A stretch of DNA of 64,000 bases from Penicillus capitatus (lineage: Eukaryota > Plantae > Chlorophyta): positions 1,193,949-1,257,948 of the forward strand of contig OZ287698.1 of NCBI GenBank assembly GCA_965649825.1. The letters are read 5' to 3'. Shown in pieces: positions 13,750 through 25,495 of the stretch. Numbering within the stretch: the first letter of the stretch is position 1; every line of letters starts with the position of its first letter. The notes below the pieces were generated by a model that searched no databases, was not told the origin of the DNA, and saw only the letters and a program-made list of their open reading frames with translations. A program made the translations under genes and the position numbers.

Positions 13750-15274
13750 ATGACGGAGACGGAGGCTTTTCCTCTAGATATCTCGTACAACGAGATCAGC
13801 AGTTGGCTGGCCAATCGACGCAAACTGGCGACGGATTGGATCAAGCGCCTGAGAGAAGTCCAGTCTCGCAGTGCCAAGGCATTCGCGACGTTGCCCGTTG
13901 GATTCGCATCGCAGTTCGAGACGTGCGAAGACGGCGTCGTGGACTACTCCACGGCTAAACGTATTCGAGACGTCTTGGCGGAAACAGCAGAGCGTGGGTA
14001 CTTCGGTGGATTGTCGGGTGAAGCTGCCACGCGGGACAAAATCGTCAAGAGCTACGAAAAGGGCAACTTGTACCTCGGAGATGCTGAACAGCGCATCCTG
14101 AGGAATGTCGACTACGAAGTGCCGTTCCTGAAGAAGAGAATGGATACCCTGGACAAGAGAGCCATGGAGCTGACCCGGCAGAAATCCGACTGCGAACATC
14201 GTGCGGCATCGTCCGCCACCGCATTTGCAAAGGAGTGCGAGGCACTGGGGATCGGAGGCGCGAATTGGACAGCCGAGTTCTCAGGCATCGCCAACCGAAT
14301 CTACGACCTCCTGCGGAAAGGATTCGACGCTCTGGCAACGGAATCGATACAGACTGCCATGGCTTTTTCTACCGGTCCACGATTCAGGAGCTGCACGAAA
14401 CGGGAACGGCATCCTTGCCGATTGTCCAGCAGATCCTAGATCAGCGACTTGTGCCAACTCCCCCCGATCGCATCAAAGACATCCACGTTTCGATGCCGAC
14501 GCCCTCCTCCGCGAAAGAGACCGCTGGAGAGGCCTCTGGCGGAGCAGAGGTCGAAATCAACTGGGACGTGGCGCTGGAAACATTGGAAGGGGACACGGGA
14601 CTGTCAGTGGAGATGGAATGGGAGGAAGATGGAGGCATCAACTGGGACATCGAAATGGAACCCGTTGCCGAGGCCGATGCACCATCCACAGGTCCAATGA
14701 CGCGGCCGATGGGCGGGGAGGCGGATAAGAATGTAAAGGATGATGTGACCCATGCAGCCGTTCCTGCATCTGTGCTGTGTTTCGTATGGGACCCGGCATT
14801 TCGACACGCTCTGTTGGATGATCTCTACGAGCTTCAGTCCTTCCTTACCGTCCGTTCACTGTCCGATGCATCCGATGCCGTTTCTCTGACACTGAGCGAA
14901 GTGCTGCGACGGTACGATCCGTCAGAAACGCAACAGCATCTCACGCATCTCCGCTCTCTCCTGGACATATTCACAGGCGAAACCACAGAACGCTACCTTA
15001 TGCTCAAGACCTCCAAGAGCTATGCCGATCGGTTGCTACCAGACCTTCACAAGAAGTCCCATCGGGAGATCGAATGGAAGAAGCTTGCCAGTCAGGCAGA
15101 GCAGGAGAGATCGACGGTCCAGACGGAACTCCGCCAAGTGGCTCTTCATTCAGAACACCTGTCACGTCAGATACAAGACCTGAAGCTCCTCGTCGAGCAA
15201 GGCATCTCTCCTCTGTTCGACCATCGCGGATCAACATCATGGGCAAAATCAACGCCGTCATTCGGCAGAAATGA
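13750..15274 (+). pseudogene. CDK5RAP3: CDK5RAP3/C53 (UFM1 pathway adaptor), intronless, with two apparent 1-nt deletions; pseudogene or assembly error
   Basis: LDISYNEISSWLANRRKL...DW, KIVKSYEKGNLYLGDAEQRILRNVDYEVPFLKK, EINWD/GINWD motifs, FRHALLDDLYELQSFL and C-terminal FDHR-INIMGKIN. The reading frame changes at about 14364-14368 and about 15228. Confidence 0.8.
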
Positions 15275-15320
15275 CAGGACGTTGACTGTTGTCGCGCCTT
15301 CGACGAACGCACGCATGTAG

Positions 15321-16819
15321 GCGCTAAAAAGATCATTAGTCGATTCACTCTCGGACGGGGCGGAGTACAATGTCTGGGAAAGAGGAACGCCTTCTCAAGA
15401 GATCCAGCAGCCGATTCCGGAGAATGCCCTTCAGAGATTCATCTCGGACAGATACGTTCCTTTTCTCCTGGCCGCGCATGGCAAGTGGATCAGAAGTGCC
15501 ATTCTGTCTCTCACTGTGATCCTGTTCGCGGTCTCCTGTGTGCTGACGGGGAGAATGGAGATGGGCATGAAGGAACAGGTCGCTTTCCCACAGGACTCCT
15601 ATCTGCAAGACTTCTACACAGACGGACTGCCGTTGATGCGAGCCGGGGCGCCTGTCATGTTCGTGGTCGAGAATATGAACGTGTCGAACGCTTCGGACCA
15701 TCCAGACGAAATCTGCGGCATTGCTGGATGCCTCCCAGATTCCCTCGTTTCTCGGATTGACTTGGCTGCCCGCGCCCACGTCGCTCATCTGGCAGCTCCG
15801 GTCACATCATGGATCGACGAATTTCTTATGTGGTCCAGTCGCCAAGCTGTTGCAGACGGCGAGGCAACACAACAGAACACTGTCCCTATGAGGACACAGA
15901 TCCGGCGTGTATCCCCTGTACGGTGCATATCACATCTGACACGCCTCTCTACCAAGAATACCTTCCGAGATTCATGGAGAGCACTCCCGGAGAGATCTGT
16001 CCGCGTGGAGGCCATGGAACGTACGAAGACTACATCCAGCACGCGAAGCACAACAGCTCCGATATCGTGGGCCTGGACCACGAAGTGATCCGGGCCTCGG
16101 CTTTTCGCACGTACTATTCGACGCTTGTCTCGCAGAATGACTACATCGAAGCACTCAAGGATACGCACGAATTCGCGGACGCATTGAAGGAGTCTCTGGG
16201 ACTGGAGATCTATGTCTACTCCCTCTTCCATATCTATTTCCAGCAGTACCTGGATCTGATCCCCATCGCTGCCGTCACGATCAGCGTCGCCGTTGGAGCC
16301 ATCTTCCTCGTTTGCTGGGTCTTTCTGAGCAGCTTCCGAGCAGCTATCATCATGATGCTGTGCGTCGTGATGATCGTCGCGGACATCGTCGGCGTGAGCT
16401 ATCTCGCAGAGGTGAAGCTCAACGGCGTATCTGTTGTCAACCTCGCCATGTCTGTTGGCATTGCCGTGTAATTCTGCACGCACGTGGCTCATGCCTTCAT
16501 GACAATGCCTGGAAGTCGTGTGGGTCGTGTCGCCGCCGCTGTTCAGGGTGTTGGCATCTCTGTCATCAGCGGCATTACGCTGACAAAGTTCCTGGGCGTC
16601 ATCGTTCTTGCCTCTGCCACGACAAAACTCTTCCGCATCTACTTCTTCCGCATGTATATGGCTTTGGTGCTGCTGGGTGCCTGGCACGGACTCGTCGTTC
16701 TGCCCATTCTTCTTGCCCTTTTCGGAACACCTCCTCCCACAAAACAAAGCAGACGCGGCAGCAATGATCGTCCTCGATCGCAAACGGATGAAGCTCCGTA
16801 CATCTCCATGTCCAAATAG
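15321..16819 (+). pseudogene. NPC1: C-terminal half of an NPC1-like (Patched/RND) sterol transporter; 5'-truncated, one frameshift, one nonsense codon
   Basis: LQRFISDRYVPFLL, EQVAFPQDSYLQDFY, GAPVMFVV, SWIDEFLMW, ICPRGGHGTY, AFRTYY, YSLFHIYFQQYL, LNGVSVVNLAMSVGIAV*FCTH, GITLTKFLGVIVLA and FRIYFFRMY...HGLVVLP. No N-terminal, middle lumenal or sterol-sensing domain lies upstream. Confidence 0.85.
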
Positions 16820-17590
16820 AGACACACGTGTCCTGTAATAGAGTTTCTGTGAATCTCATCATCATCCTCTTAGACGACTTGTAACAGACAGACGCATACG
16901 TCTGTCTTCGACCTCAATGCCTGCCGTGGCTGTTTACAGACGTCGAATCATACAGCATGCGCACTCTCACGCAGTCAGTTTTCTTTACATCCGACATCAA
17001 CAATTTCAAGGTGCGTTGTTGTTGGCCAAGACGTTACACAGTGTTGGTGATCTTATTTTTTCCAGAGAATGGATCAAGGACTCCCTGACATTGTTGTGCC
17101 ACATCGCTGGTTCCGTGGAGAAAAAGACATGATGATAATATTGCCTCTATGCGTCACCATAGCCATATCTCCCATAGCACAAAAGAATGAATGATTTGAA
17201 ACAAACAACAGAAGAACATCGACACCAACATCGACCCCTAACAAACCTCATGCTTGACGTTAGCATACACAACATCGATCGTGTTTCTGCTCGGAGGTGT
17301 CTGTGAATCGCACTATCGCCGCGCTATGTTTGAAGGATCGGCAGATAGTCACAGCGGCGAGCACAACTAAAGAAGATTTAGAGCAGGAAGGACAACCAGC
17401 GACAAACAGGAACTGTCGACTGACAAGATCAGGCACGAGCTGCAGCCACCGAGCACAATGACAACGAAAGCAGCATAGGAATCAATCGCATGTCAGTTTT
17501 ATTTCTGACTGATCATTTGCGTTTAGCCAGGTAGGTATACACAGAAAACTACTCGACTCCAAAACACGCTCGAGTAGAGAAGGCGTTGTC

Positions 17591-18470
17591 TCATGAAAAC
17601 TCCAACAAAGCAGGTGAACACATTGTTGCCGCTGGAACATCTGACAGAGATGCTGCTAACTGAAATCTCCGGGACACTGAGGAGATGTTGGCATCATAGG
17701 CAGCCGCTCTCGCACAGTGCACGTCGAATTTCCCGTTGTTCTGTAGATCTCGTCCAGTGCTGCTTCCAAACGGCCGTTCAGCAGATCCTTCTCCACCTTG
17801 AGTTCCGTTATCAGATCTGCTTTTTTCTGCGCGTCTTCCTTCAGGCATTCGACAACGCCACTCAGTTCTGACGCCAACTGATGTGCAGCACGCAGCTGCG
17901 CATTGTTGTCTTGCAACGCTGCTGAACATTGGGCCACCAGATCTGCCGCCTGGGCATCCATTTCACACAATGTTCGAGATAACCTACCAATCGCAAAAAC
18001 ATCGCAAGGCATGATGATGACATCTGTGATCCATTGCCTGCTGTTTTCTCTCTTGAGAGATTCGACTTCCTGCTGTATTTTTCGATAACTCGCAGGATCC
18101 AATGGCATCCGATAGCCACGAACGCCACAGCGATCCGATAACTCCCCGTCGAGCGTCAAGTCGACGTCCTCGAATCCGCCCAGCACCAAGGCCCCGTCGT
18201 CACTGAACTGGAACTCCGCTTCCGCTTCCTTCCCCTATGCATGAGCATTCTCTTTGCGCAACGCAGACAGTCGCATCCCACGCTGGAGCCGTTTCTTAAA
18301 CGCAGTTTGGCTGCTGCCTTAATACAGAGGACTTCTGAGTTTTCCTTTTCTAGAAATGCCTCGTCAAGCGGGGCATTCCATTTGAAAAGCAACTCGTCCG
18401 TCGATGAGCAGCCACTGAAGAAAGAGCTCAAGCTGCGACGCGCGTTCATGCTGGACTGCGACGAACCCAT
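17591..18470 (-). CDS. Hypothetical coiled-coil protein with a possible N-myristoylation motif; 3' end uncertain
   Basis: MGSSQSS start at 18470. An inferred 47-nt GT-AG intron joins it to ORF 17656-18189, which has heptad character (IQQEVESLKRENS, LQDNNAQLRAAHQLASEL). Confidence 0.55.
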
Positions 18471-19241
18471 CGTCACCGAGACCACCACCCCGAACGAGGA
18501 CAAGAGACAGTACGGTTGAGAACTGTGTCTATCACCGCATGGATGTACAAACAACGGTTTGCCGTCGAGTACATGTGTACGTACATGCAGCTTGGGATGT
18601 ATGGACGCAAAGAGCGCGATCGGATAACCGACATCGCAACAATTCGGAGTCCAGGGCAAAAAGCACCACCAGACAGTGCCTGACGGATGTCGTTCGCCTT
18701 TTCACAGATGCGACGTCATGGATGCGACAACGGCGTGTGTGCGAGCGTTGCGGGCCGTTAGGGGGAAACTATTGATCGCCTCGGAGTGAAGCGAAACGAA
18801 TGGAAGGCGTTGACACAATGATTTTGAGTGGCGATGTTTCTGTGACGACACGCTTGCGAGCGTACAGATTCTCTCACTTCTGCCTCCGCTGCAGAGTACC
18901 AGATACAGCCCGCCAGTCGCCGCAATAAGGGCGGGTAAATGACACAGTCTTCAAAGTGAGAGGAGGATGTAAGGATTGACATAACATGTCGCAGTTCCTC
19001 TGTTTTCGATTCAGAACGCTCTTTTCCATCCTCCTGTCGCAGCCTCATATCCATCTATGGCTTTATCAGCTTCTCACACATTGTTTTCGCGGCCGCTTTA
19101 TGAGGAGTAGGGCTCAACGGTCTCTGACTGTTATCCTTTTTTCTCTTCTTCACGCTGATTATCGTCAGGCTGCAACAGGAAGAAGATAGATGTGATCTGA
19201 TCTTGGATGCCTCGGGAACACTGCATGATTTAGCAACGTGT

Positions 19242-20159
19242 CTAACGCGAATTGCTAGCAATGTTCAAAAGGAAGGCGCCAATTCTATAGTCGATCACTT
19301 TTCGACTAATGAATTTGCAGGAGGTAGAGAGCATCTGCCCTTCTTCGAGGTGCACGAAGTACATCACCAGATTTCCCAATGCAATCCAGCAATGGCGTCA
19401 GGCGATGCCTCTGCAGAACAGTTTCATGAGTGGCCAGAGTCTCCGTGCCCCATCAAAGAACTCGATCAGATCTTGTTTCGACTTCGCTTCTGCTGTGAAA
19501 TGAGCGTCTTAATCCCTTGCTGGCCCAAGATGATGGAGATCCCAACTTGCCCTCATGGTCACGATGCAAGATTGTCAGAAAGAGACAGCGACAGGCTCCC
19601 TCCTGATTCGCGACTTTGTAATCTCGCAGCAACGATCCACCGTCGCATGCGTCACCCATCTCCGTCCAACTCGATTCTCAGCAACGTCCCCTTGTCCATG
19701 AATCGAATGATACAGCAGAGGGAAAGTCGCGATGCCGTTTCGACGAACAATACGAGAGAGTCGTAGCATCGTCGCCGAATTTGTATACTGCGGCAGCGAT
19801 CTATACGATTTGCTCGTTCCTTGTTTTAAGCTCTCCGTGGACGACCATTTCAATTCACTGCCAGCCTCTTTATCGACGATGGACTCGAAGTCCAGTTCGT
19901 AAATCAGAGATGTAACATCGAAAGACACATCTCCTGGGAAGAAATCATCCGGATTGGCTGTCGGCACCACGAATTTTAACGTCCCTGTAGAGTTGCTACT
20001 GTCGATTGGATCAACGATCTATTCGAGGACACTCTGTCGTGCAATGTACTGCCAGTCACCGTCGACCTCGTTAACACAGGGAGCCTCCCCTCCTGGCAGA
20101 TGAATCGAGATGCGGACATTTCTTAGTTCGTACTCGTTGGAAGAAGCCTCGTGATTCAT
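19242..20159 (-). pseudogene. Unidentified decayed intronless ORF
   Basis: One 306-codon frame from ATG 20159 has four internal stops (20019, 19575, 19509, 19398) and protein-like text (FDVTSLIYELDFESIVDKE, DLIEFFDGARRLWPLMKLFCRG). No family recognised. Confidence 0.35.
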
Positions 20160-21233
20160 GTTAGCATGTGTTTATCCTGGAAGGGGATGGTCAACAGTTG
20201 AATTTCCATGACATGCGATGGTATCTCTATATGATCGACGGAGAAATGGCATGTTTAGAAGCCACAGACGTCGGTGCGCTCCTGGGTAGACTCCACGCAT
20301 TAATCGTCATGCGAAATGTACATGAGAGGATTCCTACTTTATGGTATTGTGGATGATGTGACCTCTGATGGCAATCTGGATTTCACTCCGACAGCCACGA
20401 ATGATAATTAATGTCTTTCTCTTCGAAACAGTGAAGTCGTGTCACCCTCTCCGGACATGGACAGCAGAAGCGATGCGTATCTGCGACCTTCATGGCTTTA
20501 TTAGACACGCACGCACCATTTGTACACTCAGATCCGAGGAACGGAGCTCGTCGTTGCCAGACACAGACACGACATTTTTGCATCAAAGGACAATCGACTT
20601 CACGGCTATATTCGAGGCGACAAGTTTATCGTCCACCTTTCCATCGTTGATATTCTGTACAATAATGTCAAAGCTTTCGCTAGAGTTTATTCCGTACATC
20701 GACATATCGTCTGTTGTTGTCGACATGCTGTGCGAACGCGTCAATCGGAACCTTCTTTGTTGTTCTTCGCCGCAGCAGTAGCCTTCTTCTTTTTCTCCTT
20801 TAAGTCTGGAAAATATCTCGATTCGACACGCCTAACAAGAAGAATATGCACAAACTGTTAGGTGTCTTCGATTGGTGATAGCGTGTTGGCATCGGTCTTT
20901 TGCCATGACAGGATTTGATGGGTGTATCATAACGGTTTCCGCCCCGTGGGCTGGACACGTCGCCGGCTTTGCGATGTGACGGTGGTCCGGGGGGACCAAG
21001 GGTATTTAGCTGACGTGTATGCCTGTTCTGTAGCATCCTCATTTGCTCACTTCTCGTTCCTTCGTTTTGTCGATGCGCGTTTACGTGACCGTGTCGCCCA
21101 ACCGGGGCACGATTCCCGTCAGGATTCGTGAAACGCTTTTGCAGTCACGATACTTATGTAAATTTATCTTTGCTCTAACTCTTTTGCGACGAACGACATC
21201 CACATGCTTGTAATCGGGCAGATTCATACGTTT

Positions 21234-21990
21234 CTAGAAGCAAGCATGAATCGGGGTGACGACAACAAAAGAGACATTGATCGTTCTGCTGCTGTACCTC
21301 TCGGCCTGTCTCTTGTTCTCGTTCAACAAATTGTATGAACTTCTCTGGATTTGGTCTTTGTACAAATGGCTCGGCATGCGCATCGGATTTGATCGTCTTT
21401 GTTTCCTGGCTAGCACTCTTCGCTCTAGTGTCACTCTGGCCCTGATTCTGTCGGCCATGCCGCATACATCAATCGGGACGCCCTCTTGCTGTGCCAGCTA
21501 GGTCTCCAGATTTGCGTTCTTCATTCTCTCCTCGTGGAGAGCATTCCGCAGCTCGGCCATCTCCTTCTTTAATCTTTGTATCTCCTCGGCATTTGTGCAC
21601 ATGTGTCAACGAAGCCTTCTAAAACAGAGAGAGGGGGGAACTTGCCTGTTGGACGAGAGTCGACAGTGTTGACGACACTCGCACGATCCGTGTTGTATAC
21701 GATCGGATGTCCTATCGTAGAACAGCGCCGAATAACGCGGCGGTCAAGAACGGTAAGCGCTCTAGACAGAAGATACCGTAGCCGTCAATTGAAGCAAGAA
21801 CAGGGCACTTATTTCCGTGAATTCTCGAGAGGCTATATCGAACAGCATCGACCACCGTTCCGGGCAAAGCAGTGCTTTTTGCTGTGGATTGTGTTGGTAT
21901 TGCGGCCACCGGACCCGTCGCGAGCACATGAACTTTGTTGATGCCGTCGCTGATGCTGTCGCCGGTCGGCCGAACGAAACGATTAAACAG
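21234..21990 (-). pseudogene. Unidentified decayed gene fragment with coiled coil
   Basis: ORF 21712-21927 is followed by EEIQRLKKEMAELRNALHEERMKNANLET*LAQQEG (in-frame TAG at 21498-21500), which runs into ORF 21234-21458. Confidence 0.3.
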
Positions 21991-22469
21991 CGGAAGACTT
22001 CTTTACACGTCCTCGGAGCAAGGTCTGGAATGGTGTAGGATGCCCATTAAATACTCGCCTGGTGATAAGACGTCCGAGGCAGTGAGTCACCCCGAATGCA
22101 GAGCCATAGAAAAGGGCCCTTTTCACAGAACAGAGCCCTCGTGACATGACAGCAAACGCCCTTTCCCACAGATGCACCCTCTCTGCACAAGGCAGTCACA
22201 TCGCCATGGAAATCTTGGCGACAGATGCTTCCTTGAAACGATCGCTGCGACCTTCTAGGGCTCTTGCCTCTGCAGGCCATCATCGTGACAGAAACATACA
22301 CTTACTAATTGATCTGGAGCCGCAACGATTCTGTGAACGTTATGTTACTGGCCCAGCGCGCGACCTCTGGCAAACGATCCGTGGACAGCATCGTGAGTGA
22401 CGAAGAGCGTTTCCAAAACGAAGAGAACTAAAATCAAATGCACTCAATTGAAATAAAATGTAAAATCCA

Positions 22470-23171
<702 letters not shown>

Positions 23172-23576
23172 TTGGTTATTTTCATGCTGCACTCACTGAT
23201 CATCTCGGCTTCGATGAATCCATTAAAACAATATCTTCAGCGCTCTAATGGAGCGGATGGTCGAATGCGACCGCCGTAAGATTAACGCATCCCATCACGC
23301 TCCATCCCGCCGATAATTTTATCGCGCTATTTTTTCCACTCTGCTTTTTCTAGGACGTACGACGGCCGATGTCCGCCTAAGAAAGACACTCAGTTCTTTG
23401 AGGACATCTCACACCATGTTTTACGGTTCGGTTGCCTCCGCGTGCCATGACGTCGGCGTTTCTCTTTCGCTTGCCATGCTACGGTGTTTTAACGTCACAT
23501 CACCGCATCTCTACTTCAGCACCGCGTCATCTTATCCCTGCGTGTACGCACAAACACGATTGGGATTCTTTCAACA

Positions 23577-25495
23577 ATGGAGCAGGGAACATGGGCAAAG
23601 TTCAAGCGCAAGGCCTTCAAGGCTCGTCCCCTCGAGAGTATGCTCGCTGCCTATCATCAGCGCAGCGAGCTGAAACGCGTTCTCGGTGTTCTGGATTTGA
23701 CCTTGATGGGCGTCGGCTGTATCGTCGGTGCGGGTGTATTTGTTCTGACTGGCGAAGTCGCCCATGAACACTCTGGACCTGCAATCATTGTATCCTATGC
23801 ATTGGCCGCTGCCGCGGCCCTCTTCTCTGCTCTCTGTTATGCAGAGTTCGCAGCGGATGTACCCATCTCCGGGTCGGCATACAACTACATTGACCTCGTC
23901 TTTGGCGAATTCGTTTCCTGGTACGCCCTTCCCGTCCACCGATGCACAGATACGATGCCGCTTCCGTCTTTAGGATGGCAGCGAGTAGTCTGCTCATGGA
24001 ATACCTGTTATCCGTCAGTACAGTAGCTAAAGGCTTTTCGGGTTATCTCTGCACGCTTCTTGGCATGGACAGCCAGGATTTGGTGATCACCTTCGATGGC
24101 GTAGATGAAGTGGTGATCGACGTCTTGGGTGCCCTGGCAGTGATCCTGTTATCGATCCTATTAGCCTATGGCGTGCGCGAATCTTTCACATTCAACTGTT
24201 TCTCGACGGCGCTGACTATTCTCACCGTTGTCTTCACAATCTGCGCTGCCGCACCCAACATCGACTTCGACAAATACACGCCCTTCTTTCCCCCGGAGCT
24301 CGGAAGCGTCAATGCGATTCGGGGAGCCTCCATCGTGTTCTTTTCGTACATTGGATTCGATGCGCTTGCCACTGTGGCTGAGGAGGCAAAGAATCCGTCG
24401 AGAGATCTGCCGCTGAGCATCGTCCTGTCTCTGGGAATCTGCACCGTACTCTACATGCTCATGTCGTCTGCCATTGTTGGCATGGTTTGGTGAGAAGCAT
24501 GCAATGTGGACGCAGAGATCTGTAACGGAAGCTGACGTGTAGGTACGATCAGATTGATGTCAGAGCGGCGTACTCTACCGCTTTCACGGACATTGGATGG
24601 GATTGGGCAAGCCGCATCGTCTCCTTCGGGGCACTGTGTGGAATTGTTACCTCCATGTTCGGAACGAGTTGTGCCCTTTATCGTCTTCTGATGGTATTCG
24701 GAAGAGAAGGATTTCTGCCAAAGTTTTTGGTGAGGCCCATGTCAGATTCTTCGTCAGCTCGGTGTGACATGTGTATATCCAGGCAAGTGTGAATGAGAAG
24801 ACATCGACCCCTGTAAATGCCACGATCCTCGGAGGATCTATCTGTTCAATACTCACTCTGTTTCTCGACATTAGCACTTTATCCTCATTGGTGTCAATGG
24901 GAACGCTGTTCGCGTTCTGTTTGGTCTGTTTAGCATCCATCTGGAGAAGGTCACACGTCTCTTTGAAGAAATAGCTGTCCGACTTGTGTGTCTCTAAGGT
25001 ATTGTGAGACTCAAGAGGCTTCGATGAATCACACGGGGCCACGCAACAATCCAAGATGGATCACTGTACGAATATTGGTAATGATGATCGCGAGTGCGCT
25101 TGAAGGATTGGCGATCGACCGCGAATGGCCTCTGTGGTCATGGATTGTTTCAATGGGTAAGCACCGCGTTTTCAGATTCAGCTCTTTTGCTCATCCGCCA
25201 TGCAGTATGTTTTTTCGCAGCTAATCTTTCATTCGTCGGCCTCCCAGTCGCGTACAAGTCGACGAAGTTTGCACTTCCTTTCCAACCATTGGTCTCCGGA
25301 TTCGGAGTCCTCTTTACTATTCATCTGATTGTGACCCTTGGGACGACAGCCTACATCCGGTTCTTAGTGTGGCAAGCACTTGCTGTTGCCGTGTACTTTA
25401 TCTATGGTGTACATCATACAAAAGAAGATGCCGAGCGTACACAACCGCTGCTGCTGGAGACAGATCCAGCAACGGCATCTGAATGCCGATCGTGA
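23577..25495 (+). CDS. CAT: Cationic amino acid transporter (APC superfamily, plant CAT-like); 5 introns
   Basis: LTLMGVGCIVGAGVFVLTG, GPAIIVSY, LCYAEFAADVPISGSAYNY, FFSYIGFDALATVAEEAKNPSRDLP, LVSMGTLFAF and YFIYGVHH. All exons join in frame. Confidence 0.93.

Noticed and set aside
14362-14372. Programmed -1 ribosomal frameshift in CDK5RAP3
   Set aside because: No canonical slippery heptamer or evident stimulatory structure. The other lesions nearby, including a nonsense codon in NPC1, are better explained by decay or sequence error.
16469-16471. TAA/TAG reassigned to an amino acid, as in some ulvophytes (TAR = Gln)
   Set aside because: Intact genes end in TAA or TAG (UTP10, RTEL1, FAM91A1, MRS2, BRCA2, LeuRS) and the 711-aa DDX23 has no internal TAR. 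The internal stops replace different residues (Glu in NPC1, Tyr in ADK).
21712-21990. Loose resemblance to a kinesin motor C-terminus followed by a neck coiled coil
   Set aside because: No DLAGSE switch II or P-loop upstream in any frame; the similarity is too weak.
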